Below the pieces are notes generated by a model, which was given only the letters and a program-made list of their open reading frames with translations, was not told the origin of the DNA and searched no databases. DNA of 64,000 nt from positions 160,001 to 224,000 of the forward strand of contig CAVRKK010000001.1 of the NCBI GenBank assembly GCA_963722385.1, in the 5' to 3' direction. The first letter of the stretch is position 1, and each line of letters opens with the position of its first letter. This DNA comes from an uncultured bacterium (lineage in GTDB: Bacteria > Babelota > Babeliae > Babelales > Babelaceae). Shown piece after piece: positions 28,346-38,580 of this stretch. The position numbers and the translations under genes are program-made.

Positions 28346-30049
28346 ATGATCATATTAAAATTTAAATTACAGATAATACTGTGCGCGCTTCTTTTAGTGC
28401 TTCCAGTAGCAATTTGCCAACAGGAACAAGCGCAAAGCGTTCCAAAAGGGAGCCATGAAGCCTTGCGAGAAATATTACAGCTCGAGCCTCCTATTTCTTC
28501 GTGGCAGCCATATGCAGCATGGAAAAAGCAGATGCGCGAATCTTTCAAAACGAGACCTTCTCTTGTTTCTCAATGGGCAGATCTGTACAACTTGGCACAT
28601 GCTGCGCTCAATCAGGCAGATATCGCTTCCCATCCCAATGATGCCCTCTATCCCTATAATTTCTTGCGGGAACTTCTGGGGCTACCGCTTGTTCCATCAT
28701 TGGAGCACGTAGACAAATTATGGTTTGAACAACTTGGTCGCGAAATTGAAATTTTCTGGCTTATAGAATTCTACCCCGCATTGGAGCTGCCAACCGAGGC
28801 TCAAAAAGAACTTATTCTTGAGGGAGCGCGGCTTCTTAAGCTTAGACAAAAGGTAGTAGCCTTCTCGCATCCATATGGCGGTTCTTCTCATGTAAGCCCC
28901 AATCAAGCATATATCGCAATTTGCCATACACCTGATATAGATATGCGGTTACATTATTTATATCACGAGTTAGGCCATATAAAGCATAATGATGCCACCA
29001 TTAGATCTGATGTAGCATTAAATAAGCAAGATCCGATTGCTATTGTTAATGAACCAGATTTTAAATCTGACCTTACGGATATCAAAAATTACTTTGAGCT
29101 CGGCTTAGCATTGATACCCTCGCTAAAAACTACAAAAGTCGGCAATAAGCTTGCTCAAGCATTGGCTACGCCACAAGCCCAAGAAGTACTTAAGGCGTAT
29201 GGGGAGCTTTGGATTCCTCCTAAAGATGCGCATGAGAAAGCGAGAATGATTTATTTACGAGGTACCGAGCAAAGAGCTGACCTTTTTATGCTTAATCAAC
29301 TGCTAAAACTAAAAAATGCAAGCTCAATTTTAAGCGCAATAAGTAGCTATACTTCGCTCTACATCATTGTTAAAGGAGCCGATGATGTGCATCCTTCTGA
29401 TGTTGAACGAGCGCTCTACATGATAGGCTTTTTAACACATCATGGGTTTAATGTACCAAAACTTTTGGATGAATGGGAAAAGCAAGGCGTCTGCTTGTCC
29501 GGGGAGCAAGCCACCAGCTACGCCAAGCTCTTTACTCCTGCCTGGGATTCTGCAACAGAATCAGCCGTAAAAAAGGCTTACCATAAATGGCAAGAAGTAA
29601 AAATAAGCAAAGAATATCGCGAATGGAAAAGCAAGAATGAGTGGCTTCAGACGGTACCAGCGAGTGTGGCATATTCTTCTCTTAAAAGTGACATCGATGA
29701 GCACCTACAGAAGCTCGAGGAAAACCCAGGCAGCCTCGTGGACCAAAAAGAGGCTCTCTTTAGCTACAATTATTTACGGGAAATAATGCAACTTCCAATA
29801 GTTGTTTCATGGCGTGATATTGATCAAAGCTGGGTAAAAGGGTTAGCATATCAAATCTGGAAAAAGGCCGAGCAAGAATCATGGCAACAAAGGGCCCTTT
29901 CAAAAGAGGCTCAAAAAACTGAGCTTATAAAAAATACTATTCACGAACTAGCTTACCTCAAAAAACACCCAAATGAGGACCAAAAGCTTGCTCTTTTTAG
30001 CTATAACCTATTACGAGAAATGATGGGCTTATCACGTGTTTCCTCGTAG
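28346..30049 (+). CDS. Secreted M48-like zinc metallopeptidase, paralog B (premature TAG at a Trp position)
   Basis: YHELGH, EQRAD, HPSDVER; homology to A continues in frame past the TAG (LSIDQPWLEEQA). Confidence 0.8.
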   Translation: MIILKFKLQIILCALLLVLPVAICQQEQAQSVPKGSHEALREILQLEPPISSWQPYAAWKKQMRESFKTRPSLVSQWADLYNLAHAALNQADIASHPNDALYPYNFLRELLGLPLVPSLEHVDKLWFEQLGREIEIFWLIEFYPALELPTEAQKELILEGARLLKLRQKVVAFSHPYGGSSHVSPNQAYIAICHTPDIDMRLHYLYHELGHIKHNDATIRSDVALNKQDPIAIVNEPDFKSDLTDIKNYFELGLALIPSLKTTKVGNKLAQALATPQAQEVLKAYGELWIPPKDAHEKARMIYLRGTEQRADLFMLNQLLKLKNASSILSAISSYTSLYIIVKGADDVHPSDVERALYMIGFLTHHGFNVPKLLDEWEKQGVCLSGEQATSYAKLFTPAWDSATESAVKKAYHKWQEVKISKEYREWKSKNEWLQTVPASVAYSSLKSDIDEHLQKLEENPGSLVDQKEALFSYNYLREIMQLPIVVSWRDIDQSWVKGLAYQIWKKAEQESWQQRALSKEAQKTELIKNTIHELAYLKKHPNEDQKLALFSYNLLREMMGLSRVSS

Positions 30050-30140
30050 CTTAGCATTGACCAACCTTGGCTAGAGGAACAAGCACGTAAAATTAAGGAA
30101 GCATCTGCAAGTTACAGCTTGCCTCCACTTGAGGATAGCA

Positions 30141-32093
30141 ATGATAAATAAGATTAAATTAACAATTTTGTTATTTATTATATTATTTTCCCTCCAAGAA
30201 ACCTGTGCATTCAATGTAACGCAGCATAAAGAGTATGAGGTATGGAAAGAGCAACAGCGTAAATCTTGGGGGGCAAAATCAACGCTTCCTGAGCAATTAG
30301 CAGCGCTTGCCAATTCGGCGAATAATGCACTTGGTCAGGCAAGGATTGAGCTCGAACCCCAAAATGCCATTTACCCCTATAATTTCTTACGGGAGCTTTT
30401 AGGGCTGCCTTTGGTTTCATCGTTAGCAGACATAGATAAGCTGTGGCTCGAGCAGATCCTGCCAGAGGTTGAACTTTTTACCGTTATTGAAGAACGGGAG
30501 TGGTTGCTACCTACTGAAGCTCAAAAAGAACTAGTATTTGAGGCTTCCCGCCTTCTTAATCTGCAGCAAGAGATTGTGGCTCTCAATTTCGGGGCTCTTG
30601 GCGGAGAAGCTATAACGAAAGGCGAAAGACGATACTTGGCGCTTTGTCAAACGCCCGACCTGGATATTCGATTAGCAATTTTATATCATGAATTAGGACA
30701 TATCGTTCATCACGATATAGAAACTGCGCGTGACGTCATGTCTCACAAGCAAGATCCAATAGCGGTTGTTAATGCCCCAGATTTTAAATCAGATCTTGAA
30801 GAAATTAAAAGCTGTTTTGAGCTTGGCTTGACCACCCTCACTTTGTTAAAAAATACTAAAATTGGCAACAGCCTAACCCAAGCTCTGACTACCCCAAAGG
30901 CTCAAGAAGTTCTTAAAGAATATGGCGTGCTTTGGATTCCCCCTGAAAATCAACAAGAGAAAGACGAACTGATATATTTAAGGGGTATTGAGCAAAGAGC
31001 TGACCTTTTCTCACTCAAGCAACTTCTAAAATTGAAGAATACGAGCTCAATTTTAGCTGGCATATATACCATGGGTCTTCGCGAAAAAATAATTTTGAAC
31101 GAAATTGTTACTGAAGGTACCAAGGAAAAGCATCCCTCTTTGGTTGAACGGTCAATTTATATGATAGGCTTCTTGGCAAAGCAAGGCTTTAACGTGGTAC
31201 ACCTCTTTGAAGCATGGGAAAAGGAGGGGATTTGTCTCGTGGAAAACCAAGCAACCGGCTATGCGAAACTTTTTTCTCCAGCTTGGGACTCTACAACAAA
31301 CTCAGTAATAAAAAAGGCTTATGAGGCCTGGAAAGAAAAAAAATTCCAAGAAGACTATAGTTTATGGAAGCAAAAAAAACAAGAATATTGGCAAAAAATG
31401 GCCCTAACTCCTCTAGCGCGGCAAATAGAGCTGCTCAGAGACTGGAACAAGCATTTGACCAATCTTGAAGAAAATCCGAGTAGCAAGAGTGAACAAAGCA
31501 AGCTGCTTTTTACTTACAATTACTTAAGAGAGATGACACATCTCCCTCTTGTTTCGTTTTGGAAAAACATGAACCTATCTTGGATTCAAGAAAAAAAATA
31601 TCAGATCTCGAAAGATAAATTGCAAGCAAATTGGGAAGGTCAAAAATTAACGCCTTTAGGTCAAAAAGCTGATCTTATATTTCTCCTTACGTATCGCCTC
31701 GACACTCTCAAAGAACATCCTGATAACGAGCAGCTTCAAAAGGAAGCGCTTTTTAATTACAATTTCTTGAGAGAAATGACGCGGCAGCCACGCGTTTCTG
31801 ATTGGAAAAGCATCAATTCCTCGTGGGTTGAACAAGAAGATTATAAGGTTTGGAAAGAGCAAAAACAAGAAATACTGAAGGAGCAGAATCTGACATTGAA
31901 AGAACAAAAAGTTGATATTGTGCGTAATATCAATCGTTTAGTGGAGCAAGAGGTGACGGATCCCTATAACCGAAGAGAACTTATTTTTAGTTATAATTAT
32001 CTAAGGGAGCTTGCCAGCAAACCACCTATACAATCAATTAAGCAAATTGACCCAGCATTCTTAAGTGAGCAACAAGCGGAATTAAATAAATAA
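30141..32093 (+). CDS. Secreted M48-like zinc metallopeptidase, paralog C
   Basis: YHELGH, EQRAD, HPSLVER; four YNxLRE repeats. Confidence 0.8.
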   Translation: MINKIKLTILLFIILFSLQETCAFNVTQHKEYEVWKEQQRKSWGAKSTLPEQLAALANSANNALGQARIELEPQNAIYPYNFLRELLGLPLVSSLADIDKLWLEQILPEVELFTVIEEREWLLPTEAQKELVFEASRLLNLQQEIVALNFGALGGEAITKGERRYLALCQTPDLDIRLAILYHELGHIVHHDIETARDVMSHKQDPIAVVNAPDFKSDLEEIKSCFELGLTTLTLLKNTKIGNSLTQALTTPKAQEVLKEYGVLWIPPENQQEKDELIYLRGIEQRADLFSLKQLLKLKNTSSILAGIYTMGLREKIILNEIVTEGTKEKHPSLVERSIYMIGFLAKQGFNVVHLFEAWEKEGICLVENQATGYAKLFSPAWDSTTNSVIKKAYEAWKEKKFQEDYSLWKQKKQEYWQKMALTPLARQIELLRDWNKHLTNLEENPSSKSEQSKLLFTYNYLREMTHLPLVSFWKNMNLSWIQEKKYQISKDKLQANWEGQKLTPLGQKADLIFLLTYRLDTLKEHPDNEQLQKEALFNYNFLREMTRQPRVSDWKSINSSWVEQEDYKVWKEQKQEILKEQNLTLKEQKVDIVRNINRLVEQEVTDPYNRRELIFSYNYLRELASKPPIQSIKQIDPAFLSEQQAELNK

Positions 32094-32119
32094 GAAGTAC
32101 CAAATTAAGCAATGGGAGC

Positions 32120-33706
32120 TTATTTCAGCTCAACAACCGCCTTCTTTGCCGGATACTTCTCAAAAGTTGCCATATGTTCAGTAATAATCTTCTGCATAAT
32201 AGGCGCTATCCATGTCTTACGTACGATTTGTGGCTTGCGCTCGCGCGGGTCGGTGTAAAGATTGTACAAGAAAGCTTTATTGGGCTTTTCATTGACGCCT
32301 AAATTCATGCCACCCACCGCATCGTAGCGGCCATCCGCTATATTAACAATCTGGCGGTGATACTTATACTCATTCCAACGAATCGCGGCGAGCTCTCGAT
32401 TATCTGACCAGTAGTACACAACTTCACGATTTGATCGGCCTGCATTGCTCAGCAAAAACGATGCTTGATCGATACCATCAATATAGCGGTCGCTCGGCAC
32501 CTGATTTTTGATACCAGCAAGCCTCAATGCGGTGTTAAATAGATCAGCAAGGTCAAAGAGGCCATCCGAAACACGGCTTGGCAGAATAACACCGGGCCAA
32601 TTGGCTATCCCCGGGACACGTACGCCTCCTTCCCATGTTGTTCCTTTTGAGCCACGCCACGGCGCATAGCCCGCATCAGGCCAAGTGTCTTCTTCAACCC
32701 CATTATCAGAAGCAAAGAATACAAGTGTATTTTCTGCTTGCCCCGTTTGCTTGAGCACCTCTAGGATGCGGCCTACAATATCATCGACCTCTATAATACC
32801 GTCTTTATAAGGATACTTGGCAGGAGACTTGCCGGCGTATCCGTCAGCAGGATAATTATCAAAGTGGACACGCGAAAAAGCATGAATCAAATAAAAAGGC
32901 TGCGGGCTCTTTTCCTGGCGCCTAAGAAAATCAATCGTATAACGCATAAAGTCCTGGTCGATATTGGCAAGCACAGGAATCGTAATTTCTTTGATATTCT
33001 CAAGCTTCTCTCCCCTTTTTGCTTGGACTAAATTTTTATTGAATGGTGCACGCTCTATCATGCGCCGCCGCTGTGGACTGCGAGCAACTTCTGGATTGAA
33101 GTAAGGGTCACGCCACTCGGTATACATATTGGCAACACCCAAAAATCCGTAAAACTCGTCATAGCCAACGTTTTGTGGCTGCTGGTGGACTCCTTCGCCA
33201 AGGTGCCATTTGCCAACAAGTGCTGTCTTATAGCCAACCTTGCTTAACAACTCAGCAGCGGTAATTTCACCTTCAAGCCCCCCTTGATCGCCGAACATGA
33301 TGGGTATGTAAATTCCGTGCCTTATGGGTAAGCGCCCCGTCATGAGCGTTGCTCGCGTGGGCGAACAGGTTGGTTGCGAATACGTCGACGTTAAGCGCAA
33401 GCCGTCATGAGCTAAGCGGTCTAAGTGGGGAGTTGGCGCACCTACGGCATGTCCGCCACCATAAGCACCCATATCGCCCCAACCCATATCATCGGCAAGC
33501 AAAATAAGAATATTAGGCTTTTTCCCGAATTTTTTCTCAAGCTTGGCAAGTTTTTCTTGGGTTTCGCGTTCTTGCTCCGGAAAAACAAGCGCGGGTTGCT
33601 TGTTGGGAGCAACCTCTTGTGCTTTGAGTGGGTCATTCTTTTCGAGGGCATTGCCCAATGCAGAAAGCATCCCAAAGAGCACAGTGAAACCACCTACATA
33701 TCGCAT
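32120..33706 (-). CDS. Arylsulfatase (Cys-type formylglycine sulfatase)
   Basis: KPNILILLADDMGWGD, CSPTRATLMTGR, GKWHLG, SDNG, WEGGVRVP. Confidence 0.93.
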   Translation of the reverse strand: MRYVGGFTVLFGMLSALGNALEKNDPLKAQEVAPNKQPALVFPEQERETQEKLAKLEKKFGKKPNILILLADDMGWGDMGAYGGGHAVGAPTPHLDRLAHDGLRLTSTYSQPTCSPTRATLMTGRLPIRHGIYIPIMFGDQGGLEGEITAAELLSKVGYKTALVGKWHLGEGVHQQPQNVGYDEFYGFLGVANMYTEWRDPYFNPEVARSPQRRRMIERAPFNKNLVQAKRGEKLENIKEITIPVLANIDQDFMRYTIDFLRRQEKSPQPFYLIHAFSRVHFDNYPADGYAGKSPAKYPYKDGIIEVDDIVGRILEVLKQTGQAENTLVFFASDNGVEEDTWPDAGYAPWRGSKGTTWEGGVRVPGIANWPGVILPSRVSDGLFDLADLFNTALRLAGIKNQVPSDRYIDGIDQASFLLSNAGRSNREVVYYWSDNRELAAIRWNEYKYHRQIVNIADGRYDAVGGMNLGVNEKPNKAFLYNLYTDPRERKPQIVRKTWIAPIMQKIITEHMATFEKYPAKKAVVELK

Positions 33707-33714
33707 AATTACTC

Positions 33715-34662
33715 CTATTTTCGCAAGCTTTTAACACATCGGAAACCGATGTGGGCCGCACTGCTCGCCGGCTCGCCCTTGCCCCGCGCCCCCACTAGGT
33801 AGCGGTTGCAGTATGAACTGTGGCATAAGAACGAGCCCCCGCGTTGAACTTTTTTACTTGTGTGCGGCTCATAAGGGTCATAACTGCTATCGGGGCCCTG
33901 GGGATTAACGCATGTTTGTGCTGAATCTTTGTCATGGTAATAATGCGCGTGGTACCAGTCTGAGCACCACTCCCACACGTTACCGGTCATATCATAAAGG
34001 CCATAACCATTGGGCGCAAACGAGCCGACAGGCGCCGTTCCATAAAAGCCATCCTCAAGGATATTAAGGTGAGGAAAGGCGCCTTGCCAGATATTGGTGC
34101 GCCAGATGCCCTGAGGCTTGAGCTCATCTCCCCAGCTATACGTTGCTTGATGAAGACCCCCTCGTGCCGCATATTCGAATTCTGCTTCGGTTGGCAGTCG
34201 CTTGCCCGCCCATTGCGCATAGGCCACGACATCTGGCCACGCGATATGTACAACGGGATGCTTTTCTCGTCCAACAAGGTTGCTCGTTGGCCCTTCCGGA
34301 TGGCGCCAGCAAGCTTCCGGCTCATAAGACCACCAGTCGTGATAGGCGGTTCCCGGTACATTCTTATCGGGGCTAAACACGAGAGACCCAGGAACGTTGC
34401 CCGCGGGCTTGCGTTCAGCAATGGTTACATAGCCAGTTTCGCTCACGAATTGATCAAATTGCTCATTGGTAACTTCAGTCTCATCCATCCAGAAACCATC
34501 CAGGGCGATCTGCCGAAGGGGACGAGCATCGCGCATAAATACGCTGCCCATCCAAAAGGTGCCACCCGGAATCCATACCATGCCTGGCTCAGATTTGAAG
34601 ATAAAGCCGGATAGTGCAAGTAACACAATTAATAGGCAACCAAGATAATGGGGCGCTTTCAT
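33715..34662 (-). CDS. Formylglycine-generating enzyme (SUMF1/FGE)
   Basis: RLPTEAEFEYAARGG, GLYDMTGNVWEW, RGGSFLC...YCNRY, GFRCV; adjacent to the sulfatase. Confidence 0.93.
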   Translation of the reverse strand: MKAPHYLGCLLIVLLALSGFIFKSEPGMVWIPGGTFWMGSVFMRDARPLRQIALDGFWMDETEVTNEQFDQFVSETGYVTIAERKPAGNVPGSLVFSPDKNVPGTAYHDWWSYEPEACWRHPEGPTSNLVGREKHPVVHIAWPDVVAYAQWAGKRLPTEAEFEYAARGGLHQATYSWGDELKPQGIWRTNIWQGAFPHLNILEDGFYGTAPVGSFAPNGYGLYDMTGNVWEWCSDWYHAHYYHDKDSAQTCVNPQGPDSSYDPYEPHTSKKVQRGGSFLCHSSYCNRYLVGARGKGEPASSAAHIGFRCVKSLRK

Positions 34663-34851
34663 AGATCCTCCCGCTTTATCTTTATGTTACCGACTACGTA
34701 TTGATAAAAGCAACAAGCTCGCAACATCAGTCCTTTCAAGTCCATCACCATGCGCTCTTAGGGGCTCCTTGTTTATTTTTTCTTATAGTATAAAATATTC
34801 AGTATAATCAGCCACCATAAAAACACCGTATTTGTCGAGCCCACTTAGAGG

Positions 34852-35424
34852 ATGCTCATGATGCATTATTATAAAATTGGTATAGTTGGACTCTTTCTGC
34901 TGCTGATGAGTAACGCAGGTCTATCCGGATCCTTTATAACCTCCATAACGGAGGCGATCCAGCACAGCGATTATTATGCTGTAGAGGCTGCTATAGAGAA
35001 GGGCAAAAATCTTCTGAGCGTAAAAGAGCAACGATTTATCATAGAACAAGCAAGCAGGATCCGGCAATTAGCAGATCATAATGCCTGGTTCTCATCAGAA
35101 ACAAAAAAAGGAATCTCATCAACAACATTTCTTGTCATGATCATGGCTTCTCTCCTTCTTTGTGCCGAACCTTTCAGCTATCTTTTATTCTTAATTCACC
35201 CTGAGGCAACCTTCCGTGATAGGCGTGATGCTCTTGTCGGTGCGGCAGCCTATAAGAAGTGCCTAATTGCTGCTGTTTTTCTTATGACAACAGCCGTGTT
35301 AGCTGGTTATGATTGCATAACCGGTTATTATACTGAGCGAGAACGGTATATTCTGAACTTCCTCTACAATAATCTACCGTACTTTCAGCAACAGCTACCT
35401 CCTGGAAGCAAGTGGGCCTACTAA
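34852..35424 (+). CDS. Membrane hypothetical protein
   Basis: Signal peptide plus two TM segments. Confidence 0.65.
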   Translation: MLMMHYYKIGIVGLFLLLMSNAGLSGSFITSITEAIQHSDYYAVEAAIEKGKNLLSVKEQRFIIEQASRIRQLADHNAWFSSETKKGISSTTFLVMIMASLLLCAEPFSYLLFLIHPEATFRDRRDALVGAAAYKKCLIAAVFLMTTAVLAGYDCITGYYTERERYILNFLYNNLPYFQQQLPPGSKWAY

Positions 35425-35508
35425 CTTAGCCCGGCCCCTCTTAAGAGCTGATATGAAAACCGAGAAAGCAATTCAAGCAAGGGATCGTGCAGTTAAAAGG
35501 GAAAAACC

Positions 35509-37350
35509 GTGATTAAAAAGTTTGAAAAAATCTGTTCAATAATATTTGTTGTAATAGCTCTTGCTTGCTTTGATACAGCAGCGATGGAAATGAGCGGAAA
35601 AAAGATCTCTGCTTATTTAGCCAAATGCCGTGCACTAGAAAAATCACACCCAAAAGGTTGTTGGGATAGTGCAGCTGCTAAATCACTCATTGATCTATAT
35701 GATCAATTATCAAATAATAATGCCCGTGCGATAGCTAACCATAAGTTTAAATATCTATTCTGGATTGATATAGATAAAGCAAAACAACGCATTAAGGACG
35801 AAAACCTCAAAGAAGCAACGTTGAAGAATTTTAGCGAGCTTTGCGCCCAAATTGCAAAAAAAGGGAATATAAAGCAACTTTTAGCAAGTGGCAATATAGC
35901 AATGCTTGAGGACCTCCTTAGGAGCTGTAGAAATTTGGGAAGTGGCGCAGAAAGAATATTTCAGGATACTTTCGGTGCGAGCGTTTATGAGGCAAGAAGA
36001 TTAATGGCCCAATCTGGCGAAGAGAGTGAAGAAGAGCCAGAAGAGCCAAAAAGGCCAGCACAACCTCAACGTGAAGAGGTCGAGGAACCAGAAGCAGAGA
36101 ATGACTATATCATTTTCGAATATCAGAAACCGGTCGGCGGGGAGCCTAATCTCGTAATTACACCAAACAATAACTTGCAACAGGCACCATCAGATCAAGC
36201 TGAAACAAAAAAAGCAAATACCTCGAGTATCAACAAATCTAAACAAACTTCAAAGACTAACCAACTATATCGCCAACCAGTGAAAGAACAAAGTGCATGC
36301 GGCATGACCGCAGGGCCAAGAACGCAAGAAAATGAATATTGCTGGACGAATATTTCAAGGAGACTCCCTCCAAATTGTCAGGTTAAGCAAAAAAAGAAGC
36401 GGGGAATGCGTCATATGTGGATTGGTTGCTTGGATAACGTCAAGTCTGCCGCTATCGCCCTTGAGAGCGTTCGTCACGTATGGGTGCTTGTCCATGGAAC
36501 TTGGGGCCATCAAACTCCTTCTTTTTTTGATGAAAACCATGACAATTTTCAGGAAATTCAGGCTACCATTCGAGAACAAGCGCATGAGAGAGAGAATGCG
36601 CTGCTGCTATCCTTTAGATGGACTGGCGAGAATTCCGTGGAGGCGCGTGAAAAAGGTGCTCGGAGGCTTAAGCAGTGCCTTGCCAGAATGCAGCTCTTAA
36701 AGTGGGCTACCTTGTTGACAATTGTTGCACACAGTCATGGCTGCAACCTTTCGAGTAATTTTTCACAGTTATTAGATAAAGATACAGAGCTTATTCGGAC
36801 GCTTCTTTATTTTGCCTGTCCTCGACGACCTGAGGCTAAATTTCAGCCCGAAAGTTACGATAATCTTGTGTATTTTTGGGGAGTAGATGACCTTATTGCT
36901 TCCTTGGGTAGTATTGACTGGAGCAACATAACTTCAAACCTTAAATCCTCTTGGGTATTTCATGTAAGTAATCAAGCCATTGACGTAGCAGCTGCTGGCC
37001 TAGCGGCTCTTGGCTTGACGAACACGAGTAAAGGCGTTAAGGCGCTTGGGACTGTCCAGCTGGGTAATGCTTTATATATCATCTATGCGGTTGCAACAAA
37101 ACGAGCAATTACGCCAGATTTTAACGTGCCACAAGGCGTTAATGCTCAAGGTACGAGCATAATGATTGGTACCAAGGTACAAATTAATGGAAGAGATATA
37201 TTAAAGCCAGTCAACATTCATTCCTATATTGTGAACGCCTTGTGCAATTTACGCGCTATTTTTAGAACATTTGGCCTCAACAATACCCCGCAAAATGGGC
37301 GGTGGAATCTTGAGATGAATAGCGATGGTAGCCAATTCGACCTTCATTAA
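35509..37350 (+). CDS. Secreted protein with C-terminal alpha/beta-hydrolase (lipase-like) domain
   Basis: Signal TAA-MEM; VLVHGTWG, FRWTG.NS..AR, IVAHSHG nucleophile elbow. Confidence 0.78.
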   Translation: MIKKFEKICSIIFVVIALACFDTAAMEMSGKKISAYLAKCRALEKSHPKGCWDSAAAKSLIDLYDQLSNNNARAIANHKFKYLFWIDIDKAKQRIKDENLKEATLKNFSELCAQIAKKGNIKQLLASGNIAMLEDLLRSCRNLGSGAERIFQDTFGASVYEARRLMAQSGEESEEEPEEPKRPAQPQREEVEEPEAENDYIIFEYQKPVGGEPNLVITPNNNLQQAPSDQAETKKANTSSINKSKQTSKTNQLYRQPVKEQSACGMTAGPRTQENEYCWTNISRRLPPNCQVKQKKKRGMRHMWIGCLDNVKSAAIALESVRHVWVLVHGTWGHQTPSFFDENHDNFQEIQATIREQAHERENALLLSFRWTGENSVEAREKGARRLKQCLARMQLLKWATLLTIVAHSHGCNLSSNFSQLLDKDTELIRTLLYFACPRRPEAKFQPESYDNLVYFWGVDDLIASLGSIDWSNITSNLKSSWVFHVSNQAIDVAAAGLAALGLTNTSKGVKALGTVQLGNALYIIYAVATKRAITPDFNVPQGVNAQGTSIMIGTKVQINGRDILKPVNIHSYIVNALCNLRAIFRTFGLNNTPQNGRWNLEMNSDGSQFDLH

Positions 37351-37371
37351 ACCGCATATAACCAAAGAGCG

Positions 37372-38394
37372 CTAAAGATTATATTCGAAGAATTGATCAG
37401 TTGGGTAAAAGATACAAAACTCGTGAGCTTGCGGCGTCCCCGGGGTGTTTTTTAAGAGGTCATCAAGCTGCTTTTTTAACATTTGTGCCCGGAACTTTTG
37501 CGAGAAATCGAAATTTCCTAAATTATAATAATCATAAGTCGAATAATTGTAAAATTGAAATACCGAGGAATAGGGAAAGCACATGGCTTGCTGACTTTGG
37601 CGAATAGCATAATAATAGACCAACTCAAGATACTCGGTTGAGCCACACCACGAATTCGGTTTTAAGTAGAATGGGAGATCGGTATCTACAACGGCAAAGT
37701 CGCCTAATGGCGTAATTTTCACATTGCCAGGATTGCCATCACAATGTCCTGCTTGATAGAGCAAGAACTTTACTCGTTCAAATAGGTCGCTTTTTTGCTG
37801 CAAAAATTCATTTAAATCTATGTCACTGCTATACAAATTTAGAAATTCCAGCTTTTTAGCAAGCAAAATATAAAGCGTTACTTCTGCTTCTTTAATGGGG
37901 ACGATGCATTTTTCTGGAATAACTATGTTCTGGCATAAGGCGGTATTTCTATCGCAAATGTTTTGCAAAATTTCACGACCCTCAAGTCGCTCGAGAGCTC
38001 CCGTAAACTTTATGACATAGTTCGGAATGTCTTGGTGTAGCGCGACAGGAGTATGCCCCTCGTTAAACATGGACATACCAGTTTCTGCTAGATTAATCGG
38101 TTGCTTCGAACTGCGGTTCCTGGCAACATCGATAATAATTCTGTTTTTGAGTATCTCGTCAATTAACGAGTCCTTGCAACGATATTTTTCGATAAGCTCT
38201 TGCTCCGAAGGAAGACCATACAGCCCAGGCTTTCCCTGATAAGACAGTCCTGGAATGGCCATTGGCGAAGCGGTATATGCGGACATGCTTATGTTGAATG
38301 GGTACGGAAACCGGTTGTGCTCAAAATATTGCCCATGCTCGCTTTTTATAACACCTGCGCTTAGTATGGCTAATAAGAAAAATATGTTACGCAT
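37372..38394 (-). CDS. Secreted atypical kinase-like protein, paralog 1
   Basis: YVIKF, HCDGNPGNV, AVVDTD; signal peptide. Confidence 0.65.
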   Translation of the reverse strand: MRNIFFLLAILSAGVIKSEHGQYFEHNRFPYPFNISMSAYTASPMAIPGLSYQGKPGLYGLPSEQELIEKYRCKDSLIDEILKNRIIIDVARNRSSKQPINLAETGMSMFNEGHTPVALHQDIPNYVIKFTGALERLEGREILQNICDRNTALCQNIVIPEKCIVPIKEAEVTLYILLAKKLEFLNLYSSDIDLNEFLQQKSDLFERVKFLLYQAGHCDGNPGNVKITPLGDFAVVDTDLPFYLKPNSWCGSTEYLELVYYYAIRQSQQAMCFPYSSVFQFYNYSTYDYYNLGNFDFSQKFRAQMLKKQLDDLLKNTPGTPQAHEFCIFYPTDQFFEYNL

Positions 38395-38580
38395 TATGCT
38401 CCAGCAGAATTTAAATTGCAATTAAAAATAATAAAACAACGCTTTAATTTTATTTATTATGCTTAAGATACTTTTTTATTTCGATATTGTCAATAAACAT
38501 CTAGCGCTTTCGCAATTTTACACTATTAGAAAAAATTACACTTTTCTCTTGCAAGAGGCGTTAAATGCAGCGTCTTCGCA

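Larger units (their letters stand above)
26191..30217 (+). repeat. Tandem ~2 kb duplication (26191-28223 and 28246-30217)
   Basis: Both units start agttggctcggaacc and end tgtgcattcaatgt; ends are near-identical, the middle is divergent. Confidence 0.85.

Noticed and set aside
26191..30217. Diversity-generating retroelement explaining the paralog divergence
   Set aside because: No reverse transcriptase in the window, and the differences are not adenine-specific or confined to a short VR/TR pair.
33425..34648. Multiple overlapping ORFs of 60-181 aa
   Set aside because: Antisense or alternate-frame shadows of the well-supported sulfatase and FGE genes.
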